Assembly (NCBI RefSeq): GCF_000143415.4
Contig: NW_003314327.1
Coordinates: 87,116-151,115 of the forward strand
DNA from: Selaginella moellendorffii
Lineage: Eukaryota; Plantae; Lycopodiophyta
Direction of reading: 5' to 3'
DNA length: 64,000 nucleotides
The first letter of the stretch is position 1. Each line of letters starts with the position of its first letter. The position numbers and the translations under genes were made by a program. Shown one piece after another: positions 36,754-50,464 of this stretch. The notes beneath the pieces are model-generated. The model was not told where the DNA came from. It worked only from the letters and a program-made list of their open reading frames with translations, and searched no databases.

Positions 36754-37953
36754 CTAGTATCTTTTGAGCATGGTTCTGGCGACCACGTTTAGAACCGATG
36801 ATAGCAGCAAGTTGATCTTCCCCAGCCCCTTGGAGTACTTGCCAATGCAAACTTTGTAGCTCTCGCGAGTTTTCACCTTGGCCCAGTAGACCATCAGGTG
36901 TGGCCGCGTGTGGATCATCTCCTTCTCCTGCTTCATCAGCTCGATCCTGGCCAGCAGCGGGGAGAACATCACGTCGGCCATGGAGAAGCTCTCCCCGGCC
37001 AAGTAATTGTTGGTGGCGGCCAGCTCCGCCTCGGCGTCCTCGAGGAGGCCGACGAGGTGCTCCCGGTTGGCCTGGATGGCGTCCGTGTCCTTGAGGAGCT
37101 CCTCCAGGGCGTGCATGTCGTGGAGCTTGGCGTGGTACTTGTTGGCCAGGTCGGGGTTCTCGGCCATCCGGGCGATGAGGACCTGGCGCTTGAAGCGGCT
37201 GTGGTATTGGAGGTACTTAGGTGGAGTCGCGCTCAGCGTGAAGAGCTTGGGGTCCCAGGCGTCCACCTTGCGCTGCCACTGGAGGGACTTCTCGCAATCG
37301 AACTTGTCGCCTCCTAGCGCCTTGTCGAACTTGTCAATGTATCTGGAATGAATATTCACGTAAGTTTCTAGCAACAAAGCTATGACCAACTTCAAACGAA
37401 GATCGCTAAAACTAGACCACCACTCAGTTAAAAACCTCAGAAAATCTCTATGGATCATCCCGGAGTTAGAAGTACGTAAGTTTCTAGCAACAAAGCTATG
37501 ACCAAATTTCTTCAAACGAAGATCGCTAAAACTAGACCACCACTCAAAGCAAACTCTAAAAACCACTTGAAAAACTTAAGTGAATGCCTGGAATAGATAC
37601 GGATCATCCCGGAGGTTTCTAGCAACAAAGCTATGACCAAGTTTCTTTAAAGGAAGATCGCTAAAACTAGACCACCACTCAATGAAAATCCAACTCTAAA
37701 ACCACTTAAAAACTTAGAACATCTATCGGAGGAGGAGAACTTACTGGACAATGCCGAGACTCCCTCGAGTAACACGGTTGCCATTGATGAGCACTGGAAT
37801 TCGGCCATTCGGATGCTCGCGGAAGAACTCGGCGTCCAAGTTCCTGGCCTTCAAAGGATTGATGCTGTAATCCCAGTAATCCAGGCCCTTCTCTTCCAGC
37901 GCCATTCGAGCCTGCTGGCTTTGCAGCGACAAGGGATGGTGATAGAACTGCAT
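36754..37953 (-). CDS. Glutathione S-transferase, TCHQD class, two exons
   Basis: MQFYHHPLSLQSQQARMALEEKGLDY, NGRIPVL, WDPKLFTLS, YLAGESFSMADVMF and RESYKVCIGKY...KRY*. Intron 37343-37744. Confidence 0.9.
37358..37715. repeat. Three tandem copies of a roughly 120-bp unit inside the GST intron
   Basis: gtttctagcaacaaagctatgaccaa...gaagatcgctaaaactagaccaccactca occurs at about 37363, 37480 and 37615. Confidence 0.9.
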
Positions 37954-38509
37954 TCTTGCTCCGTCGCACGATCACTAGATCACACCATCGCGCCCTTCCC
38001 TGCTCTTGAAAACCTCGATGGAGGTCAGCCATGATCATGATCGCCAGCACCAGCGCCGGCGGCAGCGGCATCTAGAAATTTCCTCATCCATCCCCTTCCA
38101 GAGGCACTAATCCACGAAATTTCGAGCTCGAGCTCGGATTCTCGGACGCCGCGACCGATATTTCGCTCGAGCGCGTGAGATCGGCCGGATCGCGGCCGCG
38201 CTCGAGAATCTGGCCGACGAGGACTCACCGTGGATATGCCTCCCAGCAGCGCGGGTCGATCGGCGCCTTGGCCGCGCCCCTCCTCCTCTCTTCACTGGAG
38301 CGAACTGACAAGAATGGGGATGAGAGCCATTCCTTCACAGAGCGACGAGCAATGGGGATCCAACGGCTGCGGCAAAGCCACATCCAACGACTGTGCGCTC
38401 TTTTAACGTTTTCTTTGTTTTTCCTATTGTTTAGTATATTCGCGGGCCTGTTCTATACAGTGTCGAGTGTTCGTGTTCTACCCACACTAGAGTTTCCAGA
38501 AGAGTTGGC

Positions 38510-41500
38510 TCAAAATTCGTAGGACGAAAGGTATGTGGTACCCGCAACGACAGCGGCCCACAGCGGGAATTTTTGCATCAAGACGATCGTTGTCTCGTCT
38601 AGTTTTTGATCCAAAACTCCCAATTCGATCCGGAGAGGAGGGGAGGTTTTCGCCTGGAAAATATATCTGTCAGCAAAGCGAAAAAGATGAAAGTGGTGCT
38701 TACGTCCATCCAGAATTTCCAGGTCTCGCTGCTCTTGCCGCTGAATCGACATACGTAGGATGGGGGACCGCCATTTACGATCTCAGAGCCTGCAAACAAG
38801 TGAGTTTTTTAATTTGAGAAAACGCTAGACTCTCAAGGAAAAGTTACCAGGCAAGCTTTGGTTCGAGAGTGACCAGTTCAGTAACGGGCCAGTGACGTTA
38901 ATCGCAGCGCCCCAGACTTCTTGCAGTGATCTGCAATATATTTTTTGTCGATGATGAAATACAAAACGCGTTTCTTGCTTACCCCAAGTCGAGCTCAAAG
39001 AACAAACGTCGAGTCCCCAGAGTCCCGGGTATCGACTCCGTCAGGAGAAGTTTTGGAAGAGAGGCCTGTGGATATGGAGGCCCAGCGAGTGTTGGAACTT
39101 GAAAGCTGCGAGAGAGCATCAAGGATATGGGATATAGAGCCTGGAAATGCATAAAGTGAGAGTTTGTGCCAGGAAAACAAAACACACAAAGATATACCAG
39201 GAAAGTATTTGCACCAGAATGTTGCGAGAGCGTCGGCTCCGTGGCCAGACTCTCGCGTACAAGTGGTGCATGCTTGAAAACAAAAGTCATTGGATTTGGA
39301 TCCACAGTTGCAAAGTCGTGACTTGCTTCGATGATTGAATCCCCTGCCACGTTTTCGATAAATTAGCCAGATGAAAGATTTCCGAAACAACAAACCTGAT
39401 GTTCTAAAACTATGTTGAAGTATGATGCGCTTTGGAGCTAAAGTGCTGTAAGGAAATGTACCCGACGTTCCAACTGAAACTCCCACGGAAATTGCGAGCA
39501 GCAACCAGATGATCCGGGGTTTAGCAAGTATGTGCGCTAAACCGGGTATAATATGACCCACAGACACCACAACAGCTAAGCCCATTATGAATGCGATGAC
39601 GACGTCCGCCACAAAGAAACCTGAAACAAATGCTCATCACAACATTTATTCCAGAATAATATTACCAAAAGGATCCGGATGAGCTCCAACCATTCCCAGT
39701 TTTTCCACAATAAATTCGACGAAAACAACGACAAAGAAAATGGTGTAAGCCGATGGAAGCAAGCCCGGAAGAATGTACCCGAGCAATGATCTGGAGGAAG
39801 AAAAAAGAGATGTGGTGAGAAACTGGATGAAAACCATGTATGCGTATATCATACCGCAAAGAATGCTGACCAAATCTCTTCTGTAAAAGCTGCAAAACGT
39901 GGATAGCTGGAATCATAAATAACGCCCACCAGCATGGAAAATAGCTGCTCATTGCACCAGAAAGTATCAAGACCTGAGACTTTAGGATCAGTAAAGTGTC
40001 ATCAAAGTTTAAGCTCACGACTTACAGCAGCCTCTAGACCATATAAACCCGTGGCTCCCCAGTGAGACGCAACAATTTTCTCCTGCATGCAGCATTATGG
40101 TGTAAGACAAAACCAAAACTTTTGTGACGTCGTACCTGAGTGGAGTGTGGCCTGGAAGATAAAACGCGAGGCAGTAGCAAACCCGCGACTGAAACTGGTA
40201 CGAAGGTCGCCACTGCTATCAGTGGATTAGCAAACCTATAGAAGTTGTCAGTTGCTAACAACTTGAAAAGAAAATCGTGTGTGTTATACCATGCCATTGC
40301 CGTTGCTGACAAAATTAGTCTCGCTGCTGCTAGCATCACGGGAAAAAGAACTGCCAGAACACATCCTAATCCATGGCGAACCGCACCTACAATTACAGAA
40401 AACAAAAACAAAAAATAGAAAAACGGAGAAAAAGGAAAAGATTAAGCAAAGCTTCCAAACTCTCGCCAAACTGACCATCAAAAATGGCTGAATAAGAGGT
40501 TTTCAGGTCATCGCTAAAGAAATATGGCACTGCAAGTACAATGAGGAGAGGAAGGTAATGCAAGACTTGTGCCGTTTTGCGAGAGTAATGGACCTGCAAG
40601 AGGACAAAGCCAAATCAACTTCATTTCCACAATTTACCGAACCTGCTTACCATAAACTTGCCGAGAATATCAAAATAAACATGACGGTCAGTATTTGATC
40701 CACCGGCTTGAGCTCGTTGATCAGCAGTCTTAAGCTCTGGAGCGCTTGTGAAACCTTTGAGCAGCTCAATAAGGTTCTCTCCTCGTGTCTGGATGGACCC
40801 AGATCTGCAAACTGAAGTTAGCCAAGACCGTCCAAAGTTTTTGAGTCCTTACGCAATAATTTCCGGACGATCATACGCTGTATGGTACACATAACCATTG
40901 AGAAGGAAAACTATGTCCATTCCTGGAATGTCGGCAAAATCTTGTGAGAAAATGCGGTAGTCCGTATCACCAGGTACGAGAGGAAAAACATCCTGGATCA
41001 TCAAAGTTAGCTCTCTCTCTTTTGTGTTCGTTTTATTTACCTGAGCGACGCTGTTCGCTCCAGGAACAACTGCTGACTCCGCGTACACACGAGTTGGCCA
41101 AGTTTCTGGGCCAGATTGAACCACCAAGTCTAGAGTGACACACGAGTCAGGCCTGTAAAACAACTATAAACTTAATCGTACCAGGTCCACTCGCCCCAGT
41201 AGCCTCGACATTGATCACAGCTCCAACAGTTGATCGCCATTTATGAGTCGTAATGAAACCATGAGAGGCCTGAAAAGCTCCCAGCACTATCATGACAGCT
41301 TAAGCAACAAAGATCCGAAATGGACTTGCGGGAGTTGAGTAAATACCAGAAGGAAAACTTCTTCGGCTCCATTGAACAGAAAGATGATTGGCGATGGAGG
41401 TACCCAGCCGGAATCAACAATGTAGCGTAGAACTTCCAGCATGGACGCTGCGACATAGATCTACTTTGTGAAACCACGCGACGTTGCAAAACCAGTGAAG

Positions 41501-42270
41501 ACTTACCAACGCACGAGGCACAGTCTCCAGCACCGGGTGATCCCAAGGGAGAGTCGAAATGGCCGTTCACCAAAACACTGGCTTGATCGTCGGTAGCATT
41601 GTGTGCTGAAACTCTATAAAAGCAAAGCAAAAGCAACATTAAGAAAAAGAGAAGAAAGTTCTTACCTCACAGCAACATTCGTATGATTTCTATACGAGAG
41701 CGCAACGTTGTGCCTCAGAAAATGCATGCTAAAGGATCCACTAACAAGTGATTCATCCAGTTCAAGCCTGAATAGCACACAAGGTAGGCGATAAGCAAGA
41801 AAAACACAAAAGTTTGGTAGAGTTTACCTGACAGATTTGGACCTGTCCTTCAAGGCAGTGATTTCAGCTTTCAGATATTCTGCTGCTCGAGCCAACCCTT
41901 CAGTTCCTTCCTGGATTTGTTTTTACCCACAGAACGTTAAAATAGATCCCAAAGCGGAAAATAGGAAGAAACGAACTTGACGGCCTCCAATTTCGTGAGC
42001 CAATTCCCAGACGTGATCCATCGCTCTTTGCTCCGAGAACTTGTCCAGAGGAGCGCTTCTCGGGAGTGGAGCTAAGTAGCCCTCGTGAACACACCGGGAA
42101 GCAATCCACACAAGCGCAAAGTAGAAGCCGGCGACAAGGAACAAAGCCAGGATCTCAGTAGCAAAAGAGGAGCTGCCGCCATCGCTAGCTCCTGCTGCCA
42201 TGGATTTGGAGAGCTCACCATTGCCAGCAACGCGGCGATCTTGGCTTGGCGGCCGTCGCCGGCGGAGCAT
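38510..42270 (-). CDS. Peptidase M28 family, ER metallopeptidase 1 (ERMP1)-like, multi-exon
   Basis: [70 protein letters not shown], many TM segments and [16 protein letters not shown]. Confidence 0.92.
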
Positions 42271-43584
42271 CCTGCGAGACACAAGAACGCCAAGTGACCT
42301 AAGATAACACAGTGAAGTAATGGCACGTTACTTCAAGACGGACGGTTGCGATTGGACTTGTCATTGTTTGTGCTTCGTTTAAGCTTTTGTGGTCTTTTCT
42401 TTTGGCACTGTATTGGTTTTCGGGTCCTTATATGTCGCATTTTATTTTCCCCTTGTTTTCTGGGTTCGTATTTTTACTGTTTGTTCAAATTTTGTTTGCC
42501 CTAAAGTCTACATTTTGCTCTCCTCGAATGAGGTCGATCAAGCCATAGCTGCCGCAGTTTTCGTCCAGGTAAAAGTGATCGCGTTGTTTTCTTGTTTTCT
42601 AGACGATCCAGAGAGATTTAAACTGCCTCTCCGATCCGGATCAAAACATCAGGCGAAAGGAATTGGAGCAGCATCTTGTGACTGAGTCTCGTTCTCCAGC
42701 TATGTGGTATTTTTTCGTTCCTTACCTCTGCAGGTTCTTATTTTTAAGTTTAACTTTTTAGAAGCTAGTGGGTGCATGCAGTGCTGTTACGGATGGGGAT
42801 GTTCTAGCACAACAGGTAGTAAAGTCCTTGCAATTAATGGGGTTTAACAATACTCCGGAGCTTTGGTTGGATCTTATTATGGATTCGATAATCAGCGATC
42901 GGTCTACATGGAAAACTAGAGTGCATGCTTGAGAATGTTCACGAAGGCTTGGTTAATTCAGGTATTATGCAATTTCCTCGTTCGTGTAAGACAACTTAAC
43001 CGTTCAGTTTTGCAAATTTTTGCGAGGGTTATGTCAAACTAATTTGTCTTTTGATGTAGGCGTAGCAGTACGACGAGAGGTGCTTGATTGAGCCCAGCAT
43101 GATGATTAGCATTGCCAGGTTGACAGCTCCAACGTTTAAGCCGGCACCAATGAAAGGAAGCCCGATATCCATAGTCTCTTTGAAAGAAATGTTGATTTTA
43201 TTTTTATAGGTTGTTCTTCGCTGACTTTGATTATCGGTGCAGCTTCAATGTATTCAAGATGATAGCGAACTACATCGGGATGCTGCTTCTTTGATAGAAA
43301 CCGTTGCTGAAGTTACTGGCTACGAGTCATTGGAGCAGTTGTATGCTTGAGGGATGGTGAGGAAACTCGCTAGAAAGACATCGTTTTGATGTATTGAAGA
43401 ACTTTGGCCACTTGGTACTGCGATCAAGCTTACTGTCTTCCTGCAAGCCGGCTCGTATCTAGCGGAGATACTTCCAAATTTTGCGAGCTGTTTAAACAGG
43501 GCCTTGAATCTTGGTGGTGCATTGTCAGTGTTTTAATTCCGGCAAGCAGGAAAGGTTGGAAATTTCAGGAACAGATTTTAGATG

Positions 43585-44224
43585 ACCAGGGGATCCCAAG
43601 GGAGAGTCGAAATGGCCGCTCACCAAAACACTGGCTTGATTTTCTGTAGCATTGTGTGCTGAAACTCTACAAAAGCAAAGCAAAAACATAAGAATCTACA
43701 GAGAAGAAACGAAGGCTCTTACCTTACCTCACAGAAACATTCGTATGATTTCTATATGAGAGCGCAACAGAAAATGCATGCTAAAGGATCCGCTAACAAG
43801 TGATTCATCCAGTTCAAGCCTGAGTAGCACACAAGGTAAGCGATATGCAAGAAAGACCTGTCCTTCAAGGCAGTGATTTCAGCTTTCAGACCTTCCTGGA
43901 TTTGTTTTTACCCACAGAACGTTAAAAGCAAGAAAAAGGAAGATACGAACTTGACGGCCTCCAATTTCGTGAGCCAATTCCCAGACGTGATCCATCGCTC
44001 TGTCTTCCGAGAACTTGTTCAGAGGAGTGCTTCTCGGGAGTGGAGCTAAGTAGCCCTCGTGAACACACCGGGAAGCAATCCACACAAGCGCAAAGTAGAA
44101 GCCGGCGACAAGAAACAAAGCCAGGATCTCAGTAGCAAAAGAGGAGCTGCAGCATGGATTTGGAGAGCTCACCATTGCCAGCAACATGGCGATCCTGACT
44201 TGGCGGCCGTCACCGGCGGAGCAT
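43585..44224 (-). pseudogene. Partial duplicate of the ERMP1-like gene (5' exons plus introns)
   Basis: Colinear with 41537-42280, including intron sequence, with several deletions. Confidence 0.9.
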
Positions 44225-44636
44225 TCTGCGAGACAAGAACCGCAAGTGACACTGACTTGAACGGGTGATGAACAGGTCGAGTGTGCTGCAAGAAAGGGGC
44301 GCCGGTCATCTCGATTGAATGCCGGGGCACAGGGATGGCGACTCTCATCAGGTTGTTGGACAGCGCTTGGGTGTGTTCTAGCGTCCAACAACACAAAGGA
44401 CGAGTGCTTCCGGTGGCGTAGCTGCATGCGATGGCGTTCTGACTCGAGATATCTGAGCGGAAGGCAAGCACTTTTAGTTTTTTAGTAAAACAGAGAGTAC
44501 AATTATCTTATGCAGAAGTTTTCCATCCTCCACTAACAATCCATGAATCTCCATCACTTTTTGGAGTGGGAGAATTACTCCCAACTCCTTTAAGCAGGTC
44601 AATATGCCAAGCATACACTTTGTAGAATTGTCAGAG

Positions 44637-44732
44637 TTGATGGGCATTCTTAACAGGAACTTTTTCAAAGTTACCTTTCCATTTTGATGGGCATTCTTAA
44701 CAGGAACTTTTTCAAAGTTACCTTTCCATTTT
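44637..44732. repeat. Tandem duplication of about 47 bp
   Basis: ttgatgggcattcttaacaggaactttttcaaagttacctttccatt occurs twice. Confidence 0.9.
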
Positions 44733-46359
44733 TTCTTGACGTTTCCAAAAAGATTACTAATTGCAGAAAACAACCATTCAACTTCCTGTAAATAAATAAA
44801 ATAAGTATATAAATAAATAATTTTATTAATTATATTATGAGGTCCAAATGTATGGCTACAATTTCATATATTAATATTAATATAGTGGGGTCTTGATAGC
44901 TATTGGATTGATTTCAATTCAGACTATTTGCTCCTATATATAAACTAAGGTTTTTGAGTTAATTAATATGCACATTTCTATATTTTATTTTCATATTTCA
45001 TACATTCATATTGGTGGAGGTGAGGGGTAACTTTGATTGTGTTTGAAAAATGTTTTGATTTGGGATTTTGATTTATATATAACTTTTGCATTGTCTAGAT
45101 CTCCCTTTCCTTATAGTTTTTTCAATTTTTTCTCTTTTGTATTTTTCCTTTTCGTTTATCATTATAGCAAGGCAACAACTTCCTCCTTTTTTGACTTTGG
45201 AGCAACAATTGGTGCAATTGCTTGATATTATGTGGTTATAGTTGAACAATGAAATTCAATTGATTGTGACATTCATGGTGTTGTACAGCTTCTCCTACTC
45301 TTGATGCTAATCCTTACATCTAGCTAGAGTTCTTCTATGGGAGTCATGGGGATGATATGTACCCTTTATTTAATCACTTTACAGTGATTGCCACATATCA
45401 TTCTTGGAATGATGCTTAGTGTTTGTGTGAGTTTTCTACATATCTCTAAGGGATAATGTGTTAAGCAATTAATTTTTCCATTCTACTTTACTCACTTAAC
45501 CACACTTTTGACTACTGAGTCTCACTCACAACTTCCATAAGTCTTATTTTAGACTTGGGGATATGCTATCCCTATGAATGACATTTATACCACTAAACTT
45601 TTGCACTTGGTCCAAGTGCTCCACGTATCCAATCCCATGATAAATACCTCTAAAGCACCACTAACATCTCAGCTTGTTACATTAAAGCCATGTTTATTTA
45701 CTCTTGTCTTATTGGTAGTTCAAGACCACCTGTGCCATAGTCCCGTCTCTCAAAGACTGAGCCCCTTATCTATGAGTGATCATCCCATGACCACCCCTTA
45801 GCATCTTTACGATGCCCAAAAACATAAGGAACACCCTTCCCCAATGTCTCTTCCTTGATCCTCACCAAGTCCCTCTCCATCCTAGGTTGTGCTCATCAAC
45901 ATTGCCATTGGGTTAGGGTTTGAAGGCCTGACCACAAAGTCCCACAAACTTTTAGGACTTCCTCATTATGTGATCATATTCTTAGTCATTACACAAGAGG
46001 ATTGCTTCTCTTCCTTTTTATAGTCTGAAATTTTAGGACAACATTTTGAAACACTATGGCCCTATACAAGCCTCGTGGGTACTCTCCCCACCTTCTTCCT
46101 TTAGGTGCTCTAGCCATGTGGCTAGAGCGAGGTTCCAATAAGCCACACTACCCCCTTATTCATCTACGTTCACTTTAGCTTTGGATTCCTCAATGGTTAT
46201 ATCATCACCCACGAAGTGAATATTGCCTTCTTTGGTCACATTGGCCTTTCCTAACTAAATTGGCTCCACTAGAGTCCTCCCCCCTACTATACTTTTGGAG
46301 CTCACCAAACCCCTCAGGGTCTAGAAGACGATCACTTTGGGTTTTCACCTTTGGACTCA

Positions 46360-46780
46360 AACTTGGACTTGATCTTGGTCTTGGTCTTGGTCTCAGTCTC
46401 GGTCTCGACCTCGGCTTGACCTCGGACTCCATCTTAGGTTCATTTTAGACTCAACCTCAAACTCCATCTTGGATCCATCTCGGGTCCATTTTGAGTCCAT
46501 CTCGGGTCCATCTTGAGTCCATCTCAGATCCATCTCAAGTTCCATCTCAAGTCCATCTCAGACTCCATCTTAGGTTTCATCTCAGGTCCATCTCAAGTTC
46601 CATCTTGGGTCCATCTTGGGTTCCATCTTAGACTCCATCTCGAATTCCATCTTGGACTCGATCTCGGACTCCATCTTGGACTCCATTTTGGGTCCATCTC
46701 AAACTCCACCTTGAGCTCCATCTCAGGTCCATCTCAGACTCTATTTTGGGTCTATCTTGAGTCCATCTCAAGTCCATTTT
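46360..46780. repeat. Degenerate 11-12 bp minisatellite (tccatct-core)
   Basis: About 30 units such as tccatctcggg, tccatcttgag and tccatctcaagt, preceded by ttggtc hexamers. Confidence 0.85.
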
Positions 46781-46879
46781 GTGTCCCTTTTCTAGAGACT
46801 TGATTATTTATCACTTTATTGGGATTTTCACTCTTACTCTCAACTTTTCGAGTCAGAGCTTTTAGTTCAAATGCATTAC

Positions 46880-48480
46880 GCTCATTTGGCTTCCACTTTG
46901 ACCACTATCATGTGGCACCTTTTCAGCTCCACTTTGAGGTTTAGGGATTTGTATCTCATATAATGTTGTAATGGTACAATGGTTTGAGTGCAGCCACTAG
47001 TGAGGATTGGAGTATTCTCCTGGACATCTTCAAACGCACATTTAGATATGCTAACAATTATGATGATGCCTTTTAATAATTGCATCGACTTTGTTAAGGG
47101 CTATATGAGTTAGTGATGCAATTTGGCATTTATTTCTGAAGACTCTTGCTTTGTATGGAATCAAATATGTCAGAGTGGATCAAATTAAGAATGTTATGGT
47201 TAGCACTTTGTCAAAATCTTGTAGGACTTGTGCATGCATTTGCTCTAGCCACCCTTGATAATATTTTTCACTTGGCACAACATTATGAAATATTGCCTCT
47301 TCCCACTTCTCATAGCACATCCTTTAGCTCCATTTTATGTAGAAAATGGTCCTGTTCTATTAGAGGTTTATGCTACTATTGCCCAAGTTCATGGACAAAG
47401 GTAAAGATGTGGTTGTGGCTATAATGTCTGCTGCTAGGCATGTGATGAAGTTAGGTACACTTATTTGTGTTATCAGTGTTGTTAGCATTTTTTGGATTAG
47501 CAATCTCCATTTCCCTTCTTCTCCTTCTCCACCTTAGAGACAATGTAAAACAATGACACCTAGTGTGTCTCCTATTTAGACACAAGTCCCTTTGCACACA
47601 ATTTTGGTTTCATGGTCTCGTTCCAAAACAAGATCATTCATCTCAAGCGGTTTCAAAAAAAATTTGTCTACCCAAATAATCCTCTTAACAAGCTTCTTCA
47701 CTTCTTCTAAGAGTGGATCAACTAAAGTATTATCCTATTGCACCCTAACCTGGTTTTGATTTTAATCCTTTTAAGAGCTTTTTCTTTTCTTATTTTATAT
47801 TGGTCAATGAACTCTTTTTTTGTCATTATTACTGCTTGCCCTTGCCTTTTGGCATTTTTACCTTTGGAGTCAGCTCTTTCTCTAGCTTGGGCTCCTTGAG
47901 TTCTTGCCTCTTCACCTTGATATTTCTTTACCTAGGTTCATTAATTTCCCCCTTACTTTTATTTTGTCCAAGCTTATCAAGTTTCTTTAACTCCCCCTCA
48001 TTTTCGCTTTCTTTCAACTCCCCTTTGCTTTTGCTTTGCCTCAAATCCTCTTTTGCCTCAAGCTCCTCAATTTCCTGACCCTTGATCTTGCTTACCTTTA
48101 GCTTTAACTCCCCCTCACTTTCACTTTCCTCGAGCTCCCCCTCACTTTACTTCAACACCTCAAATTTACTTTATTGATCAAGCTCTTTATTTTTCTATTC
48201 CTTAATTGGCTCTGGCTCTACCTCTTTTTGAAGCTCTTTGCTTCTCTGCTTGCCCAACTCTCCCTCCCTTTCCCTTTCCTTTAGCTCCCCTTCACTGTGG
48301 TTAAATTTCATTTTTGCCTTGCATTTACTTTGTTGATCAAGTTTGTTTTTCGACTGCTTCCCTAACTCTCCTTTGCGTTTTGCCTGAAGTTTTGTGTTTT
48401 TTTGTTGCTTGTTAAGACCCCCCTTCAACTCCTTCTTTTTCCCCTCCTTGCTTTACTTCTGCTCTTAGTTTTATTGCTAA
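46880..48480 (-). mobile_element. Highly decayed LTR-retrotransposon (Copia-like) remnant
   Basis: Minus-strand pieces NILNLIHSDIFDSIQSKSL and RSGKRQYFIM resemble the Copia integrase start (LELIHSD.CGP...SL / GKRYF). A K/E-rich low-complexity tract lies at 47800-48480. Many stops. Confidence 0.45.
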
Positions 48481-49310
48481 TTTACTCTGGCTTTGTGAGC
48501 TACTAGCATTTTTTCTTGCTTTTGGTCACCACTAAAATCTAAACCGCCATATTTGTAGGGATTATCTACTATTCATGAAGATCTTCTCATCCCTATTTTT
48601 AAAACTAAAACCCCCTTTAACTTAGTTTTACGTATCTAGAGGCAAATAATGCCCAAAAATAGAAGCTCATCTAGAATTGTCACCAAATTTTTTAGCTTAG
48701 TGACTTTCATTAGCATTTTTAGTGCATGTACTACAGTTCATTATTGTAGGGCAAGGTTGCACATGATAGAATGCTAGAGATGCAAACAATTTCTTTTGCA
48801 AAATGAAGAAAAAACATAAAAAAAGAAAGAAAGTAAAGTTTTTCTCACCCAAGAACAAAGATTTCCTTTTCAATGGTTATTTATATCATATATTTTGTAA
48901 AGACTCAAAACTTTGGACGACTTGAGATTAGTTAGTTTTAGTATGCAGGTCTGGACATGAAAAGAAACTCCAACTAATCAAAGAACTCAAGATGGATCAA
49001 ATATTGATTTAATTTTTTTAACTCTTTTTTTTATACTTTTATTAGTAACAACAAGGCAAGAGGGGGCCAAGGGTTACTCGCCCCAACACCCCCCACCCCC
49101 CTAGCCCCTTTGGCCCTCCCAAAGGGGAGGGGGTTGCCCCACCTCTCACCTCCCGTCTCCCCCTCCCCTCTCCCCCTCACCCCTATTGGCCCTGGCATTC
49201 CTACATTCAACCCGATGATTGGATTTGTTCCAAGCATCCCTACAATGCAAGCTAACTTCAATTCATCGAGCCAGGTATTTTTTTCCAATTGTTTTCCTAC
49301 TTTGTTTTGA

Positions 49311-50387
49311 ATGCATTTTTGCAATAGCAAGGATTTCATGGTGGGGGAATTGGAAATTCTTCTTTCACAACTTTATTATCACTACCTCCTCCAGGAACTA
49401 GCTCTTTTGATGGAGCAACAAGTATTCGAGAGGTACAATAAACATTATTTGTGTTTAATTTTTGATTTCACAACTTGTTTTCCCATAATGAACCAACGTT
49501 GAATGATGAACAAAAAGGAAAATGGTCTACTAATGAAAACATGGCTCTTCAGTATGCAAAGAGGATGGAAAAAGAGAAGGATCAAGAAGGCAGTGATTGT
49601 AGAAAATCGATGAAAGGACCAGAGAAGTGGCGACGCATTTCCGGCATCTTACATTCATAGGGATTTCGTTGCACACAAAAGCAATGTGAGTCACAATGGG
49701 ATGAGCTTGCGAAAAAGTGGAGGCAGATTAGCAATTACGAGAACAACATCCCATCAGGGAAACCATCCTACTTTAGTAGTGAGTTTACTACAGGGATGAA
49801 GAAGGATGCAAAGCTTCCTCGTGCATTTGATGAAGGCCTCTACCATTAGATGTCATTGTGGATGACACGGTCAAGAGCTAATGTTCCAGATAGCCACCAA
49901 GTTGATACATCTATAGGTTCTACAATTGCAAATGAGTCACTAGGCTATGGTAAGTTCATTTAGATTTTTTGATTGACTTTTGTTTTTCTTTTTTCCAGAG
50001 ACAAATGCAACTGCAGATCTAGATCCAGATGTTATATTTGAGACACAAGATCCTAGAGATGCTAACGAGGACATTCCAGAAGTACAAGTCGGTGGGAAGA
50101 AAGTTCCAATTGCTACAGGGAAAAAACGCAAGTGCACTCCAAAGGGATCTGATGGTCTTCTTGAGCGAAGTGATGAGCAAAGGAAAGCAATGATGCAAGA
50201 ACTTCGAGATAGCAACATACAAATGATAGAAAAAATGGAGGCAGCTGATGATCGACACCACCAAGCTTCAATTGCTGCTGCAGATAGAAGAGCTGCAATG
50301 ATGTTGCAAGGAACACACATGATGTGTGAGGAACTTCAATTGCTATGGCAGGCTTTTGTGGAATCAACGGTGACAAAGGAGAAGTAG
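49311..50387 (+). pseudogene. Harbinger Myb/SANT (trihelix-like) DNA-binding protein gene with two in-frame stops
   Basis: KWSTNENMAL...EKWRRISGILHS*GFRCTQKQCESQWDELAKKWRQISNYE...PSYF...LPRAFDEGLYH*, an intron, then a coiled-coil tail. TAG at 49658 and 49847. Confidence 0.8.
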
Positions 50388-50464
50388 AATTGCAAACTTT
50401 GTATTTTAAAGTTACACTTATTTAACACAGCATTTTAGAGTTTTGGGGTTTTGTGCGTCTTTTT

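Noticed and set aside
37358-37715. Repeat-spacer pattern as a CRISPR-like array
   Set aside because: The context is a eukaryotic intron, the units are long, the spacers are mutually similar, and there are no cas genes.
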